A stretch of DNA of 64,000 nucleotides from Chitinophaga pinensis (GCA_943372295.1 CALRYC010000005.1:64310-128309); one strand, 5' to 3'. Positions 8,601-17,680 are shown, counted from the first letter of the stretch. Program-made: numbers and translations. The notes: generated by a model not told the origin, from the letters alone.

Positions 8601-11121
8601 AGTAAGGACGGAACTCATTGATGCCACCCTTGATGAGTGACCCAATACCAATCGACACGATGCCATAACCGAATCCGTTGATCTCGTTTCCAACGAACTT
8701 GTTGTTGGTATTGATCAGCGTGTCGAGGTTTCCAAGGTTGTCTGGATTGATCGTGTCACGCTGTGTGATACCGGCAGTGTAGGAAATCGTTGTGTTCCGC
8801 GTGTTACCTTCAAAACGGAACTGATTCGATCCACTATTGAACTGTACCTGTGGCAATGAGTCGGCGTATGATGGTGTCACGCCTGCGGCGTTCTCAATCA
8901 AGATGTTCTGAATCGAGATGTTGGACGATCCTGACGAGAGGTAGAATACCGACACGAATGGCGACGGGAAGCTCGGCTGGATGTTCTTGCGCATTGTGAA
9001 TCTGATCGCCTTCTGCAAACCACCATCAAAGGTGATGTAGCCCGCAGAGTTAGCGTTCTGTGCATTCGAGAAGAATGTCGCGCGTTGAATTGCGTAGCTA
9101 TTGGAAGGTGCCGCGTTCTGACCGAACAGCACTCCAATGCCAGACTCAGTCACCATGTTGACGGTCACCGCCCCCTTGGCGATCGAACGTTCGATCGAAG
9201 GACGGAAGGTGATGGAGTTCGTAGCGCTGGTTCCAATAATGCGAGACGAAAGGTCGATAGCTGCCGTCGTGACGCCAGCTTTGGTCACGGTATAAGAAGC
9301 ATCCGTGAATTCAAAAACGACCGGTCCGCTTACGCCACGGAAGTAGAGCACATTCAGGGCTGAATCGATTGTCGGGAAGTTTCTTGGTCCGGGCACTGTA
9401 GTGCCGATTGTGTACAGACCATTGAGGTTCGGCTCTACCGTTCGCGTTACACACAGCTCATTGTTTCCTGGAACTGGATCTCCAGGGAACTCAACGCGGA
9501 AGCAGAAACGGTAGTCCCCGCCTTCTGTCGGAGTGAACGATGGGAAGGTATAGATCGCCTTGTTGAACTGACCAGCAGCGATGTCCGGTACGATGCCTGT
9601 CTGGTTGTAAACTTGCGTATTCGGAAGGCGCGTAATGATCAGTCGAACCGGAACGTTTGAAAGGTCTTGAATACCGTTGTTTTCGAACACGGCCTCCGGG
9701 CGGAATGAACGGCCTTGAATCAACGTCTGCAGATAGCTCGCTGCCGTGAGCGCCGGAACTGTAACCGCGTTGACAGCTGGTTCTTCGTTATAACCGACTT
9801 CGAAAACGATAGGAGCGGCGCCCGGACGTGGTAGACAGTCATTGAATGCGTTTTCGTCTGGAAACGGATCGACAAGTTCCGCACAAGCCGTTCCGCGGTG
9901 TAGACCGACAGGGTGGCCACCTGCGAACGGATTGAAGTTATCGAACGTCTGTGTCAGGCGCACGGCAGAAGCGATAGGTTCTGTTATATCGACCGTGTCA
10001 ACATATTCCTGAACACCGCTCGGAGCAAACAGGCGCACGATTCCGCGGAAAGCCTTCACGGTATCGAGACCTGAGTTCTGCAGAACGGCCTCAACTGGGA
10101 TAGGCGTTGTGTTTGGATACTTAAACCTGCGAGGGGGTTCATTGGTGGTCGGTGAACGGAGTTGACGTGTCGACACGTCGCGGTTCACAGCGATTGTAAA
10201 TGCACGTGCCCATTCATCAGCACAGGACTGTCCGGTTGGGACCGACCGCACAAGGACGATGTACTCACCACCAACACCGTTGGTTGTGTTCAAAGCAGCA
10301 CCAGCACCAGCCAGACGCCCGGTGGCAACTGTTGGCGATGATGTGAAGAGTTGTGGGAAAACTCCTGTTGTTGGAGCAACTGCTGTCCAGTCTGCTGAGT
10401 AGACCGTGTCCGTCAGAGGAGCTGGGCCGAAGATGCGATAGCGAAGAACGGTTTGCGCGCCGGCTGCTCCAGCACGGATGCTTACGCTTGGCATTGGACG
10501 GTTAGCAGTAGACCCGTCATAGATATTTCCGCGTGGGAGAATCGCCGAGCTGTCTGGGGTATCATTCGGAAACGTGCTGACGAATCCACCGATGATATCG
10601 AGGTTGTAATCTTCGCATTCACCGCCCACGGCACCCGGGAAGACGCATGGGTCATTAGGGCACGTGGCCGTATTTGTCTGGAGCATCACGCGAAGACGCG
10701 TGCGACCTGAGCGGGCGCTACAGTTCAGCGTGATATTCAGATTCGCCGCTCCCTGACCGAAGTCAGTGTACACTGTACAGAACTGGCGTTCTTCGGGTTG
10801 GAAGATTCCATCCTGGTCCAAATCGATCCACATGGCAAACACCTGTGTGCCAAAAGTGTTCGAGTTGACCGTTACTGCATTAGCAACACCACGAAACGCC
10901 GTAATTGCCGTTGTGGTGAAATACTCGTAACCGGACTGATTGTTAAAGTCCGACGTAGCCGAGGCACGGCTGAAGTTGCCGAACCGGAAGAAGGTAATAC
11001 CATTACCCCACCAGCCCGGTCCAAGCGTTGGACGGCAGTACTGCGCCGAGAGCTCAGAACCGGCGCCAAACATGGCGACGAGAACTAAGACTCTTAAAAG
11101 AACCGTGTAGAACCTGTTCAT
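5617..11121 (-). CDS. Giant secreted surface protein: GEVED-like N-terminal domain, parallel beta-helix repeats, Ig/CARDB-like repeats, T9SS type-A C-terminal sorting domain
   Basis: 1834 aa from ATG 11121 (MNRFYTVLLRVLVLVAMFGAGSELSAQ signal peptide; the track start at 11247 adds 42 aa). GGECEDYNLDI (GEVED-like). PbH1-like repeats (NNLIYNVRRAGIFAAYEDGVQIVGNRIYNV). C-terminus ISPNPVADASTVTFGL...GAYTLVVRSNGLAVSAAVTVSK fits the T9SS CTD pattern. Confidence 0.85.
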   Translation of the reverse strand: MNRFYTVLLRVLVLVAMFGAGSELSAQYCRPTLGPGWWGNGITFFRFGNFSRASATSDFNNQSGYEYFTTTAITAFRGVANAVTVNSNTFGTQVFAMWIDLDQDGIFQPEERQFCTVYTDFGQGAANLNITLNCSARSGRTRLRVMLQTNTATCPNDPCVFPGAVGGECEDYNLDIIGGFVSTFPNDTPDSSAILPRGNIYDGSTANRPMPSVSIRAGAAGAQTVLRYRIFGPAPLTDTVYSADWTAVAPTTGVFPQLFTSSPTVATGRLAGAGAALNTTNGVGGEYIVLVRSVPTGQSCADEWARAFTIAVNRDVSTRQLRSPTTNEPPRRFKYPNTTPIPVEAVLQNSGLDTVKAFRGIVRLFAPSGVQEYVDTVDITEPIASAVRLTQTFDNFNPFAGGHPVGLHRGTACAELVDPFPDENAFNDCLPRPGAAPIVFEVGYNEEPAVNAVTVPALTAASYLQTLIQGRSFRPEAVFENNGIQDLSNVPVRLIITRLPNTQVYNQTGIVPDIAAGQFNKAIYTFPSFTPTEGGDYRFCFRVEFPGDPVPGNNELCVTRTVEPNLNGLYTIGTTVPGPRNFPTIDSALNVLYFRGVSGPVVFEFTDASYTVTKAGVTTAAIDLSSRIIGTSATNSITFRPSIERSIAKGAVTVNMVTESGIGVLFGQNAAPSNSYAIQRATFFSNAQNANSAGYITFDGGLQKAIRFTMRKNIQPSFPSPFVSVFYLSSGSSNISIQNILIENAAGVTPSYADSLPQVQFNSGSNQFRFEGNTRNTTISYTAGITQRDTINPDNLGNLDTLINTNNKFVGNEINGFGYGIVSIGIGSLIKGGINEFRPYYNSGTEIRNNLIYNVRRAGIFAAYEDGVQIVGNRIYNVGLATGGTPRNVAGIMAGGEARYNNMNLFIAQNEISGVAGTTWTRGITVEQARNEYQTVTGTNKGFGPRSQGLVVFPNKAERTYITSNAVWGLTRASTTANLAGVHVYTTRATSASVVTALLTPNNAGYFMQGDSIVNNTIVINADAFLGNGALVGIGVQNSDGPVIMNNAIALNTAVNVDAITNSAIFYQGTIFRNGRVNTWYLPNTAPKSLVSNKNAFWTPNAGIGRVVEISHTSELVSAGSQTEFNTLAQWRNWTGQDINSPSGNFVAEHEFRGTAPNQQLRVRITPQAPIGSILNNNGERISGTKRDVENALRGEAGLGYDIGADEFSGRLYVSDLEVIDILKPASYRDATGPNSDAEYIMTTTPVDVTTRVRNNGALATTRSQVRVRVYLETPMSNNALMNPAQYNSFPIVDRVVTTNLSSGQSKDIQFNIPSWSPQTYFGMPGYNVPAQFSTMSMNVTPRYRVEVSVNADEFNSNNVFSKDVRFYVRQSKLRLLLSVRGSAVDILTGTPATNDIAARLNSDSLQKSLGDLGYINDPASGRFDFDVLDRANWAPRSVDYTIYQTMFWSHDLNPLTRSERDDIRNYLGSGAPGMKKNLAISAARVPSLHNGASIVSDLNFVQNALRCQLQNPGTPFSPNYSGRSIDGRAIARGNSELVTRTGFAGDPEPTPALVSMFSSGSTSGVVSAAYSYRRSDRSTADSIMGTATAAITANTVYLGVDWRHFARSSSPTVLRTGVERVVRGILDFFETNGGGLVPVQVASFDAKARGKNVDVFWSTASETALDRFEVERADLTSVKAGDITSDASYRVVRTVNATNASASHKDYSITDQNLAAGMYSYRLTSVDKDGSRATTSDVNVTIDGEGSGLWISTISPNPVADASTVTFGLAEAGRVEVVIVNMAGQEVATLVNEARSAGTHSVKFSAASIPSGAYTLVVRSNGLAVSAAVTVSK

Positions 11122-11272
11122 GGGATTCCCACAAGAAAATTGAACGTAACGTGTTTTGTTTGCTGTCAACTTCAGCTGGTATGGGGGTACCAGTGCCGCG
11201 GACCCGGTGTTGCGAGAAAGCCAAACCGACTCCACTGCGTCCAACAAAATATGCAGTCACCAAGTGAAAAGC

Positions 11273-11292
11273 AAAGGGGGGATACCCCCTTT
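11273..11292 (-). terminator. Intrinsic terminator after the FG-GAP/ASPIC gene
   Basis: AAAGGGGG-gata-CCCCCTTT hairpin starting 5 nt past the stop (11297). T-rich on both sides (minus strand continues TTTGCTTTTCAC). Confidence 0.55.
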
Positions 11293-11296
11293 TTAT

Positions 11297-14200
11297 TCAC
11301 CGCCTGGACGGCGACTTCAATTCGCCCTGTGCAGGGGGGCGTCCAACGACCGTGGCTTGCGAGGGAATCAGAGCATTGCAGCTCGTCTGACTCCGATACG
11401 CACTTCCGCAGTAAACTTCCACGCTTCGTGTGAAAGTTCCGATACGCAGGGATATTTTTTGCACGCGGCCTGGATCGATTGAGAGAACCCTGAGAGACTC
11501 CGCGAGCCGACCGCTCGGCGCATAAGCCAATGTAGGGCCTTGGTTTACGGCAGATAACAGCACAAACGGCACCTTGCTATCACCGGGGTTACGAACCGAA
11601 ACCAGTCCTCGGGCATCGAACTGACTTACAAATCCGGATTCAAAAAGACTCAGAGGACGGAATTGGCCTGCCGCGCTACCGTATAAGACCAGCCCCTTCC
11701 CGGCATCATACCGTACGACATCGTCCTCAGCCCCATACATGTTCCCGGCAAGAATGAGGTCAACCCATTCATCGTTGTTGAGATCAATGGCCTCAATACC
11801 CATGACGGGTGCGAACTGTGCCTCAAGAGGCAGGGGGCGAACATCAAACGAGCCATTCCCGTTGTTCACCAGCACGATCGACTGCATACTTGCTACCGAT
11901 CGATGATAGCAGGTATCGAGCATGGACGAATCGACCACCTCAGAAACGGACGCGAAAGCGAAGTCGACAAAATCATTGAACTTGCGATTCAGCGTCGGCA
12001 TCTGTGAGAAGACCTTTGGCCTCTCACGAATAAGCTGCTTTTTGCCGTCCACGATGTACGTTATCAGGGGATCGACACTTCCGTTGTCATCAAAATCACC
12101 GGCATAGATCTCAATCGGCGCTGCCGGTGTTGCGATGTACCGGGAGTTTTCGCCGTGATTGCCACAGATGTAGTCGATGTCTCCATCATTGTCGATGTCT
12201 GCACCCGTGATGCTGTACCACCAGCTCGTTGTTGAGTCGAGCCCCCACGCCCTTGTCATGTCCGTCAGTCGGCCCCCTTCATTGCGGAACATGGTGATCG
12301 GCATCCATTCCCCGACGACGATAAGATCGAAGCGGTTATCGTTATCGACATCGCTCCAAAGCGCCGACCGCACGATCCCGATCGTTCGAAGTCCGGGAGC
12401 AAGGATATCCGTCACGTCTCGGAATGCCCCTTTCCCATCATTCAGCAGCAGATAGCTCCGGTCGCAATACGGGTACGTGTCAGTTGCAACACCACCCCCA
12501 ACAAAGAGATCCATATCGCCATCAGCATCAAAGTCGCAGGCGTTGAGTGTCGTTGCATTGGTCACCACGTCTGAAAGTACCAGTCCAGCCTTGGAGAACC
12601 GCCCTTTACCATCGTTGCGATAAATGCGCAGGCCGCGTTCGCGCTCGGTAACTTCAAACTCTGCCCCACCACCTCCGCAGACGAGGTCACGATCGCCATC
12701 CTTGTCGATGTCGATCAGCAGCATCGCCTGCGTCTCAAACGTTGTGTCTACTCCGTCCAATCCGGTTGCATAAGCCGAGAAGGTACCGGGTGACTTCTGA
12801 ATGAACGTCGCCGAGTTGAAGCCTTTGGAGTGGCCGAACATTACGTCATCTAATCCATCACCGTTGATGTCTGCCACTGCTACGGCAGGTCCGCCCCATG
12901 ACACCCGCGTTGGCATGAGCCGGTAGCGCTTGAAATCATCAAAGTAGTTCTCCTTGTGCCAGAAGTTCAGCCCAGAGGATTCCGTGATATCGACGAAGAC
13001 CGTCGTGTCCGGCTGTGATGGTCGGAACAGGGAGATCGGAGAAGGGGCTGCCTGCGACTGATCAAGGTCAACGTGGGAGTTCGCCGGTATCTGCGTGCGC
13101 ACCTCGGCGGTTCGATCTGGCCACTGGACGATCAAGGAATCCACCAGGCCTGACGTTCCGAGACCGATGACCATCTTGTCGTCCATTCGAGACTGATACC
13201 CGCGCACCGGGTAGTTTTCTCGATACTGGGAAGCGCCACCAGCAACAACGCGGACTTTAGCGCCTAGGCCACCGGTGTTGCCTCCGACACCTTTGAATTT
13301 CAGGGACAGGAAGTTGCCGGTCGACTGTTCCCGGGCATGATTGCGGTAGACAAAGGCCACGGTGTCGAAGTTCGGCACGACAAGGTCAAGGTCGCCATCA
13401 TCGTCAAGGTCCGCATAGGCCGTCCCGAAGGTAGTGCTCGTATCGTTCAACCCCCACGACCTGGTTGCATCCTCAAACCGCAGATACGACGTCTGCCGAA
13501 ACATGAAGTTCGGCTCACGCAGTGCTTCAATAAGCGGGATGTCGTCGATTTCACGACGGTTCATGTTGTAGACATAGTCCTGGTTCGACAGGTCAGACGT
13601 GTACCCATTGGCTATGTACACATCCATAAGACCGTCGAGGTCGAAATCTTGCATTAAACATGCCCAGCTCCAGTCAGTGGCCGCCATCCCAGTCATGTAT
13701 CCGATCTCAGAAAACTGGTTATAGCCACGGTTGAGCTGGACCATATTCCGCGATACCTGATTGGAGTCGTACGTGGGATTGTAGATGGACATGTCGCCGC
13801 TGACACCAACGTTCAGGATGCGCCGTACGTGGGTCTTCGGCAGCATGTCCGTTGTTATGATATCCGGCAAACCATCGCGATTCAGGTCGGCCACGTCACT
13901 GCCCATGCTGAACACGGATGCCCGACGCGTTACCTTCTTCATGCTCTCGGCGAAGCTGCCATCACCATTGTTCAGGTATATCAGATCGGTCGAATTGAAG
14001 TCATTGGCTACATAGATATCCGGCCAGCCATCGAGATTGATATCAGCTACCGTTGCGCTTAGCCCCATTCCGCGATCGCCTATCCATGCAGAATAGGATG
14101 CGTCCTCGAACGTACCATTGCCGCGATTACGGTAAAGCTTGTCGGTGTGACCCTGGTGGCGGACCTCGCTTGCCGGAAGGTCGCGAAGCCGCTGCGCCTG

Positions 14201-14887
14201 ATCATCGAGCAAGCGGCCGGAGGATGATTCAAATCTGGGGATGGCCGTTCCTTCTCGCTGACGCCGCACGGACTCGGCCTGTTCAACCGAGTCGGGGGGC
14301 CTGGGGGCCGTCCGCATAGCATACCAATTGGAGTACGTCACCAGATAGCAATCCAGCAGACCATCACCATTGTAGTCGAAAAAAACGCTGTTGACGGTCT
14401 CGTCTTTGAAGTCGAGTCCGTACGCCGCTGCCTGCTCCGTGAATCGCCCCTTGCCGTCGTTGACAAGAAGCCTACAGGCATTCTGCCAGCGAGCGACAAA
14501 GAGATCAAGATCACCGTCGGCGTCTATATCAACGAGATTGACCCCCGTGGCAAAGAATGTTGAGTCCACCGGGATACCCGTCTGAGCCGTCACGTCCGTA
14601 AAGCGAAACTCGCCGTCGTTGCGGTAGAACCCACAGCCGGAGAATGCCGAGAACACGATATCCGGACGTCCATCGCCGGTGAAGTCGCCAATGGCAACTC
14701 CGGCACCTGGAACCATGGAGTTGATCTTCGACAGCGAGTCTTTTGACAGGATGATCCTCGAATGGCGCTGCCGAAAGTCAATGCCGGTGCTCTCGGGCAT
14801 CAGACGTTCGAACAGCGGGCGCTGCTGAGACGCAGCATTGATGGTGAGGAGCAGAACTACCCCACAGACGGACAACAGGGTGCGCAT
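11297..14887 (-). CDS. FG-GAP/VCBS repeat protein with ASPIC/UnbV C-terminal domain (CRTAC1-like)
   Basis: 1196 aa. Signal peptide MRTLLSVCGVVLLLTINAASQQ. Many repeats of the type DFTGDGRPDIVF, DIDADGDLDLFV, DLDDDGDLDLVV, DFDADGDMDLFV. C-terminal CGSAYRSQTS resembles the UnbV_ASPIC signature. Confidence 0.85.
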   Translation of the reverse strand: MRTLLSVCGVVLLLTINAASQQRPLFERLMPESTGIDFRQRHSRIILSKDSLSKINSMVPGAGVAIGDFTGDGRPDIVFSAFSGCGFYRNDGEFRFTDVTAQTGIPVDSTFFATGVNLVDIDADGDLDLFVARWQNACRLLVNDGKGRFTEQAAAYGLDFKDETVNSVFFDYNGDGLLDCYLVTYSNWYAMRTAPRPPDSVEQAESVRRQREGTAIPRFESSSGRLLDDQAQRLRDLPASEVRHQGHTDKLYRNRGNGTFEDASYSAWIGDRGMGLSATVADINLDGWPDIYVANDFNSTDLIYLNNGDGSFAESMKKVTRRASVFSMGSDVADLNRDGLPDIITTDMLPKTHVRRILNVGVSGDMSIYNPTYDSNQVSRNMVQLNRGYNQFSEIGYMTGMAATDWSWACLMQDFDLDGLMDVYIANGYTSDLSNQDYVYNMNRREIDDIPLIEALREPNFMFRQTSYLRFEDATRSWGLNDTSTTFGTAYADLDDDGDLDLVVPNFDTVAFVYRNHAREQSTGNFLSLKFKGVGGNTGGLGAKVRVVAGGASQYRENYPVRGYQSRMDDKMVIGLGTSGLVDSLIVQWPDRTAEVRTQIPANSHVDLDQSQAAPSPISLFRPSQPDTTVFVDITESSGLNFWHKENYFDDFKRYRLMPTRVSWGGPAVAVADINGDGLDDVMFGHSKGFNSATFIQKSPGTFSAYATGLDGVDTTFETQAMLLIDIDKDGDRDLVCGGGGAEFEVTERERGLRIYRNDGKGRFSKAGLVLSDVVTNATTLNACDFDADGDMDLFVGGGVATDTYPYCDRSYLLLNDGKGAFRDVTDILAPGLRTIGIVRSALWSDVDNDNRFDLIVVGEWMPITMFRNEGGRLTDMTRAWGLDSTTSWWYSITGADIDNDGDIDYICGNHGENSRYIATPAAPIEIYAGDFDDNGSVDPLITYIVDGKKQLIRERPKVFSQMPTLNRKFNDFVDFAFASVSEVVDSSMLDTCYHRSVASMQSIVLVNNGNGSFDVRPLPLEAQFAPVMGIEAIDLNNDEWVDLILAGNMYGAEDDVVRYDAGKGLVLYGSAAGQFRPLSLFESGFVSQFDARGLVSVRNPGDSKVPFVLLSAVNQGPTLAYAPSGRLAESLRVLSIDPGRVQKISLRIGTFTRSVEVYCGSAYRSQTSCNALIPSQATVVGRPPAQGELKSPSRR

Positions 14888-14922
14888 CAGGCAAGCCTCT
14901 CCGGATCAGCAGTTTCTAAATG

Positions 14923-15008
14923 TGCTTGGAGCGGGGCTTGAACCCGCACGTCCCTTACGGGACACGAGATTTTAAGTCTCGTGCGTCTGCCAGTTTCGCC
15001 ATCCAAGC
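14923..15008 (-). tRNA. tRNA-Leu (anticodon TAA)
   Basis: Manual cloverleaf: acceptor GCTTGGA/TCCAAGC, anticodon stem CGAGA/TCTCG with loop CTTAAAA, long variable arm, T-arm GCGGG TTCAAGC CCCGC, discriminator A. 86 nt. Confidence 0.9.
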
Positions 15009-15019
15009 GCTTGTTCAAG

Positions 15020-15661
15020 TTACAATTCCTTTCGTGCTCGCATCATCTCCACAACGGCCGGGATAACACTGATAACAATGATCGCAGCGATGACCATTGT
15101 GAAATTCCTTTTCACGACTGGCTGGTTCCCAAAGAAGTAACCCAGGGCCAAAAACGACACCACCCAAACGACCGCACCGACAACATTGTACACGAGAAAC
15201 TGACGGTAAGTCATCTTTCCGATTCCCGCGACAAACGGAGCAAATGTTCGTACGATCGGCATGAACCGGGCCAGAACTATGGTCTTGCCACCGTGCTTTT
15301 CGTAAAACGCATTTGCGCGCCGCAGATGCTCAACATTCAGCAGCTTGGACGATGGTCGATTGAACACCTTCGGGCCAACACGCGCTCCTATGGCGTAGTT
15401 GACCCCGTCGCCAAGGATCGCCGAGACGATCAGCAAAAGTCCCAGCAGGTTCACGTCCATGGTACCGAGCGAGCATATTGCACCAGCGGCGAACAAAAGA
15501 GAATCGCCCGGTAGAAATGGCGTGACCACCAGCCCCGTCTCGGCAAACACGATCAAAAACAGGATCACGTAGGCCCAAACACCGTAGCTCGAGGTGATGG
15601 TGACCAAGTGTGCATCGATATGCAGAATAAAGTCGATGAGACCTGTCAGAAGCTCCATCAT
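15020..15661 (-). CDS. DedA family inner-membrane protein
   Basis: 213 aa. YGVWAYVILFLIVFAETGLVVTPFLPGDSLLF and RFMPIVRTFAPFVAG are typical DedA/SNARE-associated motifs. The start overlaps the upstream stop by 1 nt. Confidence 0.9.
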   Translation of the reverse strand: MMELLTGLIDFILHIDAHLVTITSSYGVWAYVILFLIVFAETGLVVTPFLPGDSLLFAAGAICSLGTMDVNLLGLLLIVSAILGDGVNYAIGARVGPKVFNRPSSKLLNVEHLRRANAFYEKHGGKTIVLARFMPIVRTFAPFVAGIGKMTYRQFLVYNVVGAVVWVVSFLALGYFFGNQPVVKRNFTMVIAAIIVISVIPAVVEMMRARKEL

Positions 15662-16266
15662 TACCTCTGCACGAGCGCATTGATCCGCCCCAAAATGTCA
15701 GATTCAAGATGCTGGTGGGCGTTCTGGGCATACCACGTGTGCAGAAGCGGATACCAGTCGGTGTTGGTTTCGTGCTCGTTTTTCCATGCCGTGACAAGGG
15801 GCTTGGCAGCATCCGGACGAGGCCCCCATACCCACAACTCCTCGCTCACGCCGTTATCTCCTTCCTGCGTTGCGACAACGATGGGTATCGAGCGCGCCCC
15901 ATTGGTCAGGTACATTTCCATGGCCTCGGGATAGGTGTCCCGGTCGATGATGCGCAGCGAAACATTGGGGCTCAATTCCGCGATCTCAGCCAGTACCGGC
16001 AGTGTTTGTGCAGAGTCGCCACACCAGTCTTCCGTAATGGTTACCCACACCTGCGGCTGCTGAATGTCGGACATGACATTACGAATGACATCGCTGGGCT
16101 CGTAGGTCTTCATATGCCGCGTCATGCGCGAGTAATTCAGAGGACGTCCGGCGGCAAAATTGTCATCGGGATTATTGGCGTTCATCCTCTGCTCTGCACG
16201 CTCCAGAAACTGCTGAAAGGAAAGACCCTTCTCGGTCGCAAGGGCTACAAGGTCATTGAGTGTCAT
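15661..16266 (-). CDS. Thioredoxin-fold family protein
   Basis: 201 aa with TEDWCGDSAQTLP in place of the classical WCGPC. 1-nt overlaps with murQ upstream and dedA downstream. Confidence 0.65.
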   Translation of the reverse strand: MTLNDLVALATEKGLSFQQFLERAEQRMNANNPDDNFAAGRPLNYSRMTRHMKTYEPSDVIRNVMSDIQQPQVWVTITEDWCGDSAQTLPVLAEIAELSPNVSLRIIDRDTYPEAMEMYLTNGARSIPIVVATQEGDNGVSEELWVWGPRPDAAKPLVTAWKNEHETNTDWYPLLHTWYAQNAHQHLESDILGRINALVQR

Positions 16267-17183
16267 CAGATGTTCTCCATAGCATTTCGTACAATTCCGT
16301 TGGCCGCGTGCAGACGTTCAACGGCTTCTTCTCGTGAACAGGAATGCGCATGCATCACAAGCGCTGTCTTGACATGTCCGCCGGCGGATTCGATGAGCTT
16401 AACCGCCTGCTCTTGGCCCAGACCACATATCGACATGATGATGCGGCTTGCCCGAACGCGCAGCTTCTCATTGGTTAGCTGCAGGTCGACCATCACGTTC
16501 CCAAAGGTCTTTCCCAGGCGAACCATTGCTGCGGTGGTGATCATGTTCAAGACCATCTTCTGAGCTGTGCCCGATTTCATGCGGGTCGACCCCGCGATGG
16601 GCTCGGGGCCGACGACCGGACAGATGAGCACGTGAACATTCGGGACATACGGCCGCACTACATGACGTGGATTTGTGGTCAGAAAGATGGTCTTCGCTCC
16701 CTTACCAAGAGCGTGCTCAAGCGCTCCCGTCACAAACGGCGTACGCCCGCTTGCCGAGATCCCACAGACCACATCGAGTTCTCCAACCTCAACCTCATCA
16801 AGTGCTCGCGCTCCTGCGTCCGACGAATCCTCCGCTCCCTCAACGGAACGAAAAACCGCCGCCTGGCCTCCGGCAATGATTCCCTGGACTAAGCTCGGGT
16901 CGGTTCCATAGGTAGGGGGCATTTCCGATGCATCAAGGATACCCAATCGACCGCTGGTACCGGCCCCGACGTAGATCAGCCGACCCCCGCTGCGCAGCGC
17001 ATCGGCGACCATCTCAACGGCTTCGGCGATGTGATCCAGCTCTGCCGCGATCGCGGCAGAAACGCCCAAATCCTCCTCATACAGCATACCCACAATGCCC
17101 CGAGCGTCCGCACGGTCTATGTCCAAGGTTTTGGGGTTGACCTCTTCCGTTGTGAGGCTGGCCAATTGTTCTATCAGGGTCAT
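16266..17183 (-). CDS. murQ: N-acetylmuramic acid 6-phosphate etherase
   Basis: 305 aa from ATG 17183 (MTLIEQLASLTTEEVNPKTLDID...). SIS domain motifs GAGTSGRLG, GISASGRTPFV, STRMKSGTAQK. The track start at 17258 adds an Arg-rich 25-aa extension. Confidence 0.9.
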   Translation of the reverse strand: MTLIEQLASLTTEEVNPKTLDIDRADARGIVGMLYEEDLGVSAAIAAELDHIAEAVEMVADALRSGGRLIYVGAGTSGRLGILDASEMPPTYGTDPSLVQGIIAGGQAAVFRSVEGAEDSSDAGARALDEVEVGELDVVCGISASGRTPFVTGALEHALGKGAKTIFLTTNPRHVVRPYVPNVHVLICPVVGPEPIAGSTRMKSGTAQKMVLNMITTAAMVRLGKTFGNVMVDLQLTNEKLRVRASRIIMSICGLGQEQAVKLIESAGGHVKTALVMHAHSCSREEAVERLHAANGIVRNAMENI

Positions 17184-17219
17184 CACAGCAAAACTAGCTA
17201 TTACATACCTACGGTTACG

Positions 17220-17250
17220 TTTGCGGATTCTGAATTCTTGCCTATCTTTG
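17220..17250 (+). promoter_or_regulatory. Bacteroidetes-type promoter for rpsT (TTTG-N19-TAtcTTTG)
   Basis: TTTG at 17220..17223, a 19-nt spacer, TATCTTTG at 17243..17250; 38 nt upstream of the rpsT ATG. Matches the -33/-7 consensus described for Bacteroides sigma-A. Confidence 0.5.
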
Positions 17251-17287
17251 CGGCCCAAAAGTTTTCACGAATCCTCAGGCGCCACTC

Positions 17288-17545
17288 ATGGCACATCATA
17301 AGTCAGCGATCAAGCGCATTCGCCAGTCTCGGAAGCGCAAGGTCTATAACCGCGGAAATAAGAAGGTCATGCGTGAGGCCATCAAGGCCGTGCGCACAGC
17401 CACAACGGTCGATGCAGCACAGGAAGCACTCCGGGCAGCATTTAGCATTCTCGATCGCGTTGCCGCCCGCGGTATCATCAAGAAGAACAACGCGGCGAAC
17501 AAGAAGAGCCGTTTGACAAAGGCAGTGAAGAAGATGATGGCGTAA
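17288..17545 (+). CDS. rpsT: 30S ribosomal protein S20
   Basis: 85 aa. MAHHKSAIKRIRQSRKRKVYNRGNKK is the canonical S20 N-terminus. Confidence 0.95.
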   Translation: MAHHKSAIKRIRQSRKRKVYNRGNKKVMREAIKAVRTATTVDAAQEALRAAFSILDRVAARGIIKKNNAANKKSRLTKAVKKMMA

Positions 17546-17563
17546 AGCCGTCAATGATTCTAC

Positions 17564-17637
17564 GGACCCGTAGCTCAACTGGATAGAGCATCTGACTACG
17601 GATCAGAAGGTTTGGGGTTCGAATCCCTACGGGTCCG
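17564..17637 (+). tRNA. tRNA-Arg (anticodon ACG)
   Basis: Acceptor GGACCCG/CGGGTCC, D-arm GCTC..GAGC, anticodon stem TCTGA/TCAGA with loop CTACGGA, T-loop TTCGAAT. 74 nt. Confidence 0.9.
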
Positions 17638-17652
17638 CAAACAAGAAACGCT

Positions 17653-17680
17653 AAGACCGCACTTCGTGCGGTCTTTTTTT
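17653..17680. terminator. Bidirectional intrinsic terminator (rpsT/tRNA-Arg versus the convergent acyltransferase gene)
   Basis: AAGACCGCAC-TTCG-GTGCGGTCTT perfect 10-bp stem with a TTCG tetraloop, followed by a T-run to 17680. Overlaps the stop codon of the convergent gene (17679). Confidence 0.7.

Noticed and set aside
15709-16563. 284-aa plus-strand ORF (also 15330..15812 minus, 18744..19514 plus, 19515..20330 plus, 53506..54165 plus, 55328..56056 plus)
   Set aside because: Each overlaps a confidently recognised gene on the other strand or frame (thioredoxin-like/murQ, dedA, phrB, plsY, maf/gpx). None has a recognisable motif.
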